Origin: a virus
Strand: one strand, 5' to 3'
Length of the DNA stretch: 64,000 nt
Virus record (IMG/VR): IMGVR_UViG_3300025853_000058
Location: 12,277-76,276 of that record
The notes beneath the pieces were generated by a model. That model did not search any database, had not been told where the DNA came from, and saw only the letters and a program-made list of their open reading frames with translations. A program made the position numbers and the translations under genes. Each line of letters starts with the position of its first letter. Position 1 is the stretch's first letter. Shown piece after piece: positions 56,121 to 64,000 of the stretch.

Positions 56121-56429
56121 GTGACTTGGAAAAACATATTAAAAGCCCCGACAGATAACCAAATTCTAGACTTATATCGTGAGATAGTAATGAGAGTTGG
56201 CATTCTTGTGAGTCTTAATGGTTTAGATGCTGGAGATAAAAAAGACCCAAAAAGTATAGAATATAGATTAGAAGGAATAAAAGAAAACATTTTAGATGAT
56301 GAAGGAATAAATATTAAACACTTCACAAGGCTTTTAGAAGCAGATGATTCTTTTTATAATGATGAACATTTAACTCGCTTAGTTATGGACCTTCAAAACA
56401 AATTACAGTGGCGTATTGACAATCTTTGA
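56121..56429 (+). CDS. WxxILK-leader protein
   Basis: MTWKNILKA (GTG start). Confidence 0.65.
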   Translation: MTWKNILKAPTDNQILDLYREIVMRVGILVSLNGLDAGDKKDPKSIEYRLEGIKENILDDEGINIKHFTRLLEADDSFYNDEHLTRLVMDLQNKLQWRIDNL

Positions 56430-56438
56430 GGTTATCAC

Positions 56439-57869
56439 ATGGAAGTCGAGTCTTTTAATTTTGAGCATCAAATGGATATGGAGTTATCCAAAAACTCTTT
56501 TCCATATTTCTTCCAGAATGTTTTAGGTTTTATGTTTCCTAAATATCAACAAGAGTGGTTAGAGTTAATGAATGATACACAAAGAACTGTCATTGTTTGT
56601 AGTCGTGACCACGGAAAATCTGTATTTATGCACAGTTGGGTTGTTTGGAATTTAGTATTCCAAGAGCCACCTTATCAAATGCTTTACATTTCATCTAACC
56701 AAAAGCAGACAATGGTTCACATGAGGGACATTGATAAGATGTTTAATCATCCCATGTTAAAGAAATTTAAACCGGCTAGAGGTTGGGCGATTGGAAATAT
56801 TACATTGACTAACGGCAATCAAATTCTTGAGCGTTCCGTTGGCTCACAGATTCGTGGTCTTCACCCTCAAGAGATTATTATTGACGACCCTTTGAAAGAG
56901 TTTAGTATGACGGGTATTCAAAAGGTCACAGATTGGTTTTATGGTGACATGATTCCAACACTTCACCACACCGCTTCATTGAGAGTTATTGGAACTCCCT
57001 TCAGTTATACAGATATTTATCAACAACTCGAAGAGAATCCTGCATATACAGTCCGAACATATCCTTGTTTCAATGCTCTCAATGAACCCCTTTGGCCTGA
57101 AAGATGGGACTATGATGCACTAATAGCAAGAAAGGCTGAAGTTGGTTCTTTAATGTTCACACGGGAATATTTATGTGTTCCTATATCAACAGGTACTTCT
57201 CTATTCAATCCTGACTATTTAGAATTAGCAAAGAGTAAAGAACATATTCTCAAGCCGCATCGTCGTGAAGGCTATAAGTATTATGTAGGTGTGGACCCTG
57301 CTATTTCAACAGATGGCGACTACAATGTTATTACAGTTCTAGAAGTTGATGAACACGATAATAAAACTATTGTATTCATTGACCGTTCTAAGAATGTTGA
57401 GTTTAGGGAGAATATAGAAAAGGTTAGGTTAATTGGAAAGATGTTCCATCCCGAAGTTGTTCTCTTTGAAACAAATACATTCGCTAAATCTTTTACACAA
57501 GAGTTAAGGAATGTTAGTGATTTAAATGTTCACGACTTCAATACTACTCGTAAGAAGAAAGAAGAGATTATTCTAAGTCTTCAAATGAATTTTGAAAATA
57601 AAAAGATTAATCTCCCTTATGGTAATGAAGAAAGTAGAAGGGTGTCTATGACACTACTTGAAGAATTGTCTATGTTTGCTATCACCGAGAAGGGAAAATT
57701 CGAGGGTATAGGGGCGCATGACGACATGGTAATGAGCCTTGCATTAGCAAATGCGGCCACGCATACCATGAGTGAAACCTTCATACTGCTTGACGATTTA
57801 GGACTGTTTGAGCCGCCCACCACGAACAAGTATAAGCGAAATAGTGGTGTAATAGGTATGAATTTTTGA
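56439..57869 (+). CDS. terL: terminase large subunit
   Basis: SRDHGKS Walker A, IIIDD Walker B, IGTP, LWPE, nuclease GVDPA...DY, E.N.F, HDDMVMSLA. Confidence 0.93.
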   Translation: MEVESFNFEHQMDMELSKNSFPYFFQNVLGFMFPKYQQEWLELMNDTQRTVIVCSRDHGKSVFMHSWVVWNLVFQEPPYQMLYISSNQKQTMVHMRDIDKMFNHPMLKKFKPARGWAIGNITLTNGNQILERSVGSQIRGLHPQEIIIDDPLKEFSMTGIQKVTDWFYGDMIPTLHHTASLRVIGTPFSYTDIYQQLEENPAYTVRTYPCFNALNEPLWPERWDYDALIARKAEVGSLMFTREYLCVPISTGTSLFNPDYLELAKSKEHILKPHRREGYKYYVGVDPAISTDGDYNVITVLEVDEHDNKTIVFIDRSKNVEFRENIEKVRLIGKMFHPEVVLFETNTFAKSFTQELRNVSDLNVHDFNTTRKKKEEIILSLQMNFENKKINLPYGNEESRRVSMTLLEELSMFAITEKGKFEGIGAHDDMVMSLALANAATHTMSETFILLDDLGLFEPPTTNKYKRNSGVIGMNF

Positions 57870-57878
57870 GGTGGTTAT

Positions 57879-59492
57879 ATGGTGACAGAACAAGATTTAA
57901 TTGATTCAAAGGATGAAATTGAAGAGTTAGAGGAACTACAAGAAGAAAGGAAGCCCGTTGTTCAAGCCCTTAATGATGTTGGTATTGAACTAAACAAAGG
58001 TATCACTGACTATGTTATGTCGGATTATGAAGCAGTTAATACTTTATCTAAAAACTTAAATATAAATGCTACCGAAGCAAGAAAACAACTCTCTTCATTT
58101 CCTAATCAATATTTAGTAGGTGAAGAAAGCATACCAGAATTAGTTAAGAAAATGCGTAAAGCAAGAAGACAGTTAAAGGGAGAAGACCGGTTAAGAATGT
58201 CGAAGGCGATTGACACTGTAATTGATGGGTACTCCGACCATATTTCAAAATGTATTGATTCTATTTATTGGCTAACTCCATATAGAGAACCGTTATTAAA
58301 AATGAGATTTAATGAAAAAGATTTAATGAAACTTCATAAAATAGGAGATGTTGATTCTAGAAGAAGAGTTGTAGATTCCTTGTGTAAGTTTTGGGAACAT
58401 GACTTAAAGAAAACTGATATGGTTTATTGTAAAGATTATTCAACTCTTGAGAAGGCTTGTCGATTAGCAAAGAAAGATTTTAGAGCAGAAATAAAAAAGA
58501 TTTCTGACCAATCTTTAGCCAAGTCTAAAAAAGAAAAAGTTTTAAGTTTTATTAACACTGAGATAAGAAAAAATCCCGGAATAGGCTTAAAACAAATTCA
58601 TGAAAGAATGCCCAATCAATTAAACAAAAGTACCACAACCAACATGATTTCCAAAATGATTAAAAAACTAGATGTGTCTTCTGTTAATGGTGGGTATTAC
58701 AGTATGCCTAGTGAAATAAAGAAAAACATATGGGCATACACAGCAGCCTTTATTGATTCAGATGGATATATCACAATGGATAGAAACCATAACCCAAGAG
58801 TAGGTTTAATTGCTACGGGAGATAGGGGTCGTGTATTTATGGAAGAAATGCATAAGTCTATTGGTTTTGGTAAATTACATTTGAATCAAAAGTCACCACA
58901 AGATACTAGACCGGTACAAAGATTGAATTTTTATTCTCAAAATGATGTTAATGATTTACTAATGAAGTGCCTACCCCACTTTAGACTTAAAAAAGGAAAT
59001 GCTGAATTGTTGTTAGAATTAATAAGAATGAAAAAATCTTATAAGAAACAGGAATGGTATAAGCCAAGATGCGATGAGATTTTTAAGTTAATGAAATGGG
59101 AAAATCACAGGGACCATGTTGGTTTTGATTGGGGCAAAGAGGGTATTGATTTAGATAATATCCAAAAGTACAAAGATAATTGTAAAATGAGTGCTATGGA
59201 TTCAATGGAACAAGTCGGTACTATTCTAAAAGAAAAAAGAAACCCTTCTAACTTCTATGCTAAATATATGAGAGAAACTAGAGAGGCTATGAATAAAACT
59301 AATATGCCTGATGAAATGGAACAACAAGTTCTTTCTTTCTTAGAAGCAGGTAAGAAATCAATTCAAGCAGAATTAGAAGGAAATGTACCTTTTATGACAC
59401 CTGCCTTTATTAAAGAAAGAATTGAAGAAATTTTGAGACAGTACGGAATAAGTGAAAGACAACGCTTTGAGCGGAAAAATGCGATGGAGTGA
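57879..59492 (+). CDS. multidomain protein with wHTH and a LAGLIDADG endonuclease domain
   Basis: YTAAFIDSDGYI LAGLIDADG helix, GFGKL, LPHFRLKK. Confidence 0.7.
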   Translation: MVTEQDLIDSKDEIEELEELQEERKPVVQALNDVGIELNKGITDYVMSDYEAVNTLSKNLNINATEARKQLSSFPNQYLVGEESIPELVKKMRKARRQLKGEDRLRMSKAIDTVIDGYSDHISKCIDSIYWLTPYREPLLKMRFNEKDLMKLHKIGDVDSRRRVVDSLCKFWEHDLKKTDMVYCKDYSTLEKACRLAKKDFRAEIKKISDQSLAKSKKEKVLSFINTEIRKNPGIGLKQIHERMPNQLNKSTTTNMISKMIKKLDVSSVNGGYYSMPSEIKKNIWAYTAAFIDSDGYITMDRNHNPRVGLIATGDRGRVFMEEMHKSIGFGKLHLNQKSPQDTRPVQRLNFYSQNDVNDLLMKCLPHFRLKKGNAELLLELIRMKKSYKKQEWYKPRCDEIFKLMKWENHRDHVGFDWGKEGIDLDNIQKYKDNCKMSAMDSMEQVGTILKEKRNPSNFYAKYMRETREAMNKTNMPDEMEQQVLSFLEAGKKSIQAELEGNVPFMTPAFIKERIEEILRQYGISERQRFERKNAME

Positions 59493-59649
59493 TATGATGA
59501 GATTTATGTATTGTGGACGATGCTATACTACATCTTCACGAAACTTAATGCCTTTTGGTTTTTGCAAACAATGTTGGTTAAAAAAAGGAAGACCTGTGAA
59601 AATGACCGTCGAAGAGTATATAGCAGAAGAGGAACCTGCGAACAAATAG
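59483..59649 (+). CDS. small zinc-finger protein
   Basis: MMRFMYCGRC...CKQC; start approximate (~59494). Confidence 0.45.
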
Positions 59650-59659
59650 GGGTGTAGTC

Positions 59660-61303
59660 ATGGCTGAAGAAAGGCGGAGATTTTCTTTTACTAACTTGTT
59701 TAGGCGTACAACTCCTAAACCTGCGGATAGACAGATATTCAATATGGGTATTCAAGAAAGGCAGAATAACTACATGATGACAGCACCCATCATTTATTCT
59801 ATGGTTCAACAGTCCGTTATTGTTAGAACTTGTATTACTCAATTAAAACAAGAAGTTTATCGTAGAGGGTATGTTTGGGAAAAATCATTTGAAGCCATTT
59901 GCAATAATTGTAATAAAAAACACAAAAGACCTGTTCAACAATGCTCTCGTTGTGAATCTGAGGATTTAAGAGTTCCTGATGTTAAGCAACTACAATTTGC
60001 TGAAAAGTTTTTGGAAGGATATGTTAATCCCTCGGAACAATTATTTATTGATGTTTTGAAAGAACTTGAAGATGATTTGAATACTATGGATGATGCCTAC
60101 ATTGTTCTAGTGAAAGAATACTTTTTGGATGGTAATGGTAAAATACGAATGCACCGCATTAAAGAAATCTATCGTGGCGACCCAGTGACTATGTTTATTT
60201 ATGCTGATGAGGATGGAGTTAAGGGAACAAAAGGATTTACTTGTGTCCACCATAGAAATATTTTGGCTACTGAACCCTATGCAAAATGTGAAGCCTGTGG
60301 TTCGGATATGAAACCCGTACACTTTGTAAATAGAGCAAATGGAGAAGACCAATATTTCTTAGAAGGAGAAGTGTTGCACTTTAGTAAATACAGCCCAAGT
60401 CGCCTTTATGGTTTCTCTCCAGTAATTACATTATATAACCATATTATGACTCTTATTGCTATGGAGAACTATGTTAATTCAGCATACACTAAGAGCAGAA
60501 TGCCAAGAGGTTTATTGGCGGTACAAACTAGAAACATGGATTCAATGAGAGCCTTTTGGAGAGGCGTTAAAGAAAAGATGGAAGCAGACCCTCACTTTAT
60601 TCCTGTCATGGGAATTGAAGCCGAGAATGGAAAGGGTGCTGTTGAATGGATAAAGTTCATGGACAGTCTTAAAGAGATGGATTACATTTCAGTAAAGGAT
60701 GATTTAAGAGATAGAATTTCTGCTTTCTATGGGGTTAGCAAAGTATTCATGGCTGATAGTACAGCAAGTGGTGGATTGAATAATGAAGGTATGCAAATTC
60801 TTGTGACAAATCGTGCTGTTCAAATGGCACAGAATGTCTACAATAATTATGTTTTCCCATATTTAACAAAGCAATTTGGTATTACAGATTGGGATTTAAA
60901 ATTACCACCATCGGAAGAAGAAGACGAAATTGCAGGTCTTCGTAAAAGAGAGATTGAAGTTAATATTGCTGCTTCAATTAAAAATCTAGGATTTGAAGTT
61001 GATATGGATGAGGACGGACAATTTACTTTTAAGAAGCCAGAACCGGAACAACCGGAACAAGGTGCAGAAGGAGAAGAAAGAATACAGAATGACCCATTAG
61101 CAGGTTCTAATTTAGACCAAAGAGATTTAGATGAAAATATGAGAGAAATGGCACAAGGGGGCGGCTCCAAGCCACAAGAAAATCCACCGGCCACAAGGAA
61201 TAAAGCGAGGAACGAAGTAGGACCGGATAAGCGCATGACCGGATTGCCAGCAGAAGCAGGTAATCAAAATGTTGATTCAAGAACAGAAAGAAGAGTTGGT
61301 TAA
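59660..61303 (+). CDS. portal protein with zinc-ribbon insertions
   Basis: Follows terL; DLNTMDDAY.., YGFSP, ISAFYGV; CxxC pairs inserted; acidic tail. Confidence 0.82.
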   Translation: MAEERRRFSFTNLFRRTTPKPADRQIFNMGIQERQNNYMMTAPIIYSMVQQSVIVRTCITQLKQEVYRRGYVWEKSFEAICNNCNKKHKRPVQQCSRCESEDLRVPDVKQLQFAEKFLEGYVNPSEQLFIDVLKELEDDLNTMDDAYIVLVKEYFLDGNGKIRMHRIKEIYRGDPVTMFIYADEDGVKGTKGFTCVHHRNILATEPYAKCEACGSDMKPVHFVNRANGEDQYFLEGEVLHFSKYSPSRLYGFSPVITLYNHIMTLIAMENYVNSAYTKSRMPRGLLAVQTRNMDSMRAFWRGVKEKMEADPHFIPVMGIEAENGKGAVEWIKFMDSLKEMDYISVKDDLRDRISAFYGVSKVFMADSTASGGLNNEGMQILVTNRAVQMAQNVYNNYVFPYLTKQFGITDWDLKLPPSEEEDEIAGLRKREIEVNIAASIKNLGFEVDMDEDGQFTFKKPEPEQPEQGAEGEERIQNDPLAGSNLDQRDLDENMREMAQGGGSKPQENPPATRNKARNEVGPDKRMTGLPAEAGNQNVDSRTERRVG

Positions 61304-61304
61304 T

Positions 61305-61532
61305 ATGACAGAAGATTTAAAACAAAAAGAAATACGATTGAAGAAGGAATTGGCTAGAGTTAGGTCACAAAATTCGGCTGAAAGAAGAACGACTACAAAG
61401 AACCGTGATTTTTCAGTTGGTGGATTACCACCAGATACTACTCATAAGGCAACAAGAACTTCAAATGATGTTCCTGATGTTATTCTACCGCCATCGAAGC
61501 GTCGTGGTAAGAAAGAAAATATCCCTTTTTGA
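61305..61532 (+). CDS. small basic hypothetical protein
   Basis: MTEDLKQKE... Confidence 0.55.
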   Translation: MTEDLKQKEIRLKKELARVRSQNSAERRTTTKNRDFSVGGLPPDTTHKATRTSNDVPDVILPPSKRRGKKENIPF

Positions 61533-61542
61533 GTTGATTTAA

Positions 61543-64000
61543 TTGGTGTTCATTAAAGCCTACATTCAAGGTCGTGGCGACGACCCTGAATATCTAATAA
61601 AGTGCTTGATAGAACATTTAGAAAATAATATTAAAAAAGAATGGAAGCCTGAAGTTCTGTCTACCAAGACAGAACAAAAGGATTTAGATAAATATAAAAA
61701 ATTAGTAGCAAGAAGGCGAAAGAAAGAAGGCCCAAAAACTGCAAAAATAATAGCAGACACAGGAAAATATAAAGGAAACCAATTTGTAGGCGTAGGTGCA
61801 TTAAGAGATAAAAAGGCTTTAGAAATTTATCTTTCCTTAACTGCTAAACTAGGTAGAAAGGCTTACGAGGAATATTTTAATAAATTACCTATGAAAATTA
61901 CATACGACGGTAAACCGATTAAAATTACTAAAGATATAGTAGAAGGCGATGATAAAGTTAGCGGCGAAATGAAATTAAATGTTTTATTTGGCATATTCGG
62001 AAAAGATGCGACGGCTAAAGTTTTTACATATAATGTTTCTGCAAAAGGCATAGATACAAAATTAACAGGTACTAAATTAATAGAATCTATGAGAGGTAAA
62101 AAATATGGCAAGTATAACCCTAAAACTAGAACTTTCTTTGATGCAAAAATGACAGATGCAGAAGCAGATAAACTAATTGCTGAGTTGGAAGAAGACCAAA
62201 AAGAAGTTAAAACAAAACCTAAGAAGGTAAAGAATACTGATATATTAAGAGTTCTTTCCTCCGATACCGGTGCTAATTATCAAGTTAAGCAACTTCAAAA
62301 GATTTTAAGAGGGCAATTTAAGGATAGTAAAGGTAAAAAAATACCTACTGACAAATATTTAAATAGACTAAATGAAGTTGCTATCAGGTATAATCAACCC
62401 GAAAGCGAAGACGCAGATAAATACTTAAAAGATTATTTGGAAAATAATCCTAGAGGAGTTGCGGCTACCAAAGAGGTCTTTGAGTTCATCATTACAACAC
62501 TTCAAAAATTACAAAATTCTTCAGAAGACGCTTCAATTAAAACAGCAATTAATAAAATATTAGTCGCCTTGCGAAAAAAGAATGAAGGCGTTATTGCATC
62601 AATGCAAAGATACGCTGATTCAAGAAGTAGTGAACAATCGAGTGAACCCACTATGTATAGTTCTTCCCAAGTCTTACCTAAGATAAATAAAACTACTAAA
62701 ACTTTTTGGTCAAAACTTAGCAAAGATGTTGAGTTGTTGCCGAGTGCTTTAAATAAAGTTAAAGGAGATACTGCAAAAATTTCTTCAGTGATTAACGATA
62801 AATTATTATATCGTGGTCCAGAGTTTATTATGGCAATACTTAATGTTATTGATAAAGAAGTTGGTATTAAAGAACTTGAAGAACAGGTTGTTCCAAAACT
62901 TAAACCATTTGAGTTATCAAGTCCGAGAAGTGTTCCCGAATGGATGAAAGATAGAAAGATTAGTGTTTCGGGTGCTACTGCACAAGAAGTACAGGATAAA
63001 CGATTCTTACAAGGTAAAAAAACAAAAGTACCTAGTTATAGAGAACAGGGTAAGAAAAACGAAGAAGAACGAAAAAGAAAGTTGAGAGAAAAACTCAACA
63101 AATTAAAAAAGGCAGAAGATGAATTTGTGAAAATAATACCTGCTTACTATTATTTTGATATTACTATGGAAGGAAATAAATTCGGTATTAAATATAGACA
63201 GGTTCCTTATTCAGAAGATAGTGAAGGCATCAAGGGAATAGATTCTATTGTTAGTAAAATTAAAGAAGATATGAACGAAAAGATAGGTAAAGACACTATA
63301 TTATCTTTGACTAAAAGATATGTTGATGTGTCTTTAGGAAAAGTTACTTCGAGAAAATCCGATAAGAAAGCAATTCAAGCCTATATGGAAAAAGAGTTTA
63401 AAAAGATACAAAGAGATTTAAACGAAAAGACTAGATTACCTAATATTCCCAAAAGACATATTAGAAAAGTTAAGAAATTAGCAAAGGAAAATTACATTAA
63501 TATAGATAGAGCCTTCAATGTTTTTGCTTCTGTAAAGGCAGATGGTTCTAGAAAAGGCAGGAATCCTCTTATGGGAGCAGATGGCGAATCTAATTTAAAC
63601 AGGATTCTTTTTGGAAAACTAGAAGATTTTAAAATTGACAAAGTTGATACCGCTTCTTTAGATAAATTAGTAGAAAACATAGTTTTTGCGAATGTTGGAG
63701 AAACCATGTCTGAGGAAAAAATAGGCGAGTTTGTTAAAGAGGCCGCAAAAAACTTAAACGAAACAGTACAATCCATAAAATCTAAGATAGGCGAACTTAA
63801 TGAGATTACAGGTCAATTAGATTCGGAAAGTTTCTTAAGCGACATAAAAAACTTTATACTTCTTGCTGAAAAAATAGAGAAGAGTGAAAGTAAATTAAAA
63901 CAGGCTTATGAACTTTTAGATGAGCAAATAGAAACAGTTGAGGCTGAAAAGGATTTGGGACAGTCGCAGAAGACTCCTAAAATAGATGAAATCCGTGTTG
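61543..64000 (+). CDS. large Lys-rich protein, 3'-truncated by the window (not in ORF track)
   Basis: Frame 1 appears open from TTG/GTG at 61543/61546 (FIKAYIQGRGDDPEY...) to the window end, >800 aa. Confidence 0.7.
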   Translation, partial: MVFIKAYIQGRGDDPEYLIKCLIEHLENNIKKEWKPEVLSTKTEQKDLDKYKKLVARRRKKEGPKTAKIIADTGKYKGNQFVGVGALRDKKALEIYLSLTAKLGRKAYEEYFNKLPMKITYDGKPIKITKDIVEGDDKVSGEMKLNVLFGIFGKDATAKVFTYNVSAKGIDTKLTGTKLIESMRGKKYGKYNPKTRTFFDAKMTDAEADKLIAELEEDQKEVKTKPKKVKNTDILRVLSSDTGANYQVKQLQKILRGQFKDSKGKKIPTDKYLNRLNEVAIRYNQPESEDADKYLKDYLENNPRGVAATKEVFEFIITTLQKLQNSSEDASIKTAINKILVALRKKNEGVIASMQRYADSRSSEQSSEPTMYSSSQVLPKINKTTKTFWSKLSKDVELLPSALNKVKGDTAKISSVINDKLLYRGPEFIMAILNVIDKEVGIKELEEQVVPKLKPFELSSPRSVPEWMKDRKISVSGATAQEVQDKRFLQGKKTKVPSYREQGKKNEEERKRKLREKLNKLKKAEDEFVKIIPAYYYFDITMEGNKFGIKYRQVPYSEDSEGIKGIDSIVSKIKEDMNEKIGKDTILSLTKRYVDVSLGKVTSRKSDKKAIQAYMEKEFKKIQRDLNEKTRLPNIPKRHIRKVKKLAKENYINIDRAFNVFASVKADGSRKGRNPLMGADGESNLNRILFGKLEDFKIDKVDTASLDKLVENIVFANVGETMSEEKIGEFVKEAAKNLNETVQSIKSKIGELNEITGQLDSESFLSDIKNFILLAEKIEKSESKLKQAYELLDEQIETVEAEKDLGQSQKTPKIDEIRV

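Noticed and set aside
1-64000. Cellular chromosome or integrated provirus
   Set aside because: No integrase, att site, ribosomal or core metabolic genes seen; organisation is viral throughout the window.

Overview
A 64-kb, AT-rich segment of a large tailed (HK97-type, Caudoviricetes) virus of archaea. It most resembles the magroviruses that infect Marine Group II Euryarchaeota (Poseidoniales); this assignment is inferred from gene content, not from a search. (1) The minus-strand arm (0.5-36.5 kb) carries a nearly complete archaeal-type replisome: split PolB, PCNA, RFC-S/L, fused PriS-PriL primase, helicase-like ATPase, RPA-like OB protein, ATP-dependent ligase, and XPF and Cas4-like nucleases. 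It also carries class II RNR, GroEL/GroES, TFB, a PC4-like protein, a histone-fold protein, a UvrD-like helicase, two tRNAs and a dispersed ubiquitin-like set (Ubl ending in GG, E1/ThiF, JAB). (2) The control region (35.4-40.6 kb) has short transcription units with hairpin+T-tract terminators, a five-copy CCATATGG palindromic element and an AT-rich origin-like segment at the strand switch. (3) The plus-strand late arm (40.6-64 kb) leads to terminase and portal. In it about 22 otherwise unrelated or hypervariable ORFs share an N-terminal W-x-x-I-L-K peptide, and several are arranged as cassettes separated by a repeated DNA junction. The top candidates for undescribed systems are the WxxILK-tagged cassette array (possibly a capsid-cargo or maturation signal) and the virus-encoded Ubl conjugation/deconjugation set.
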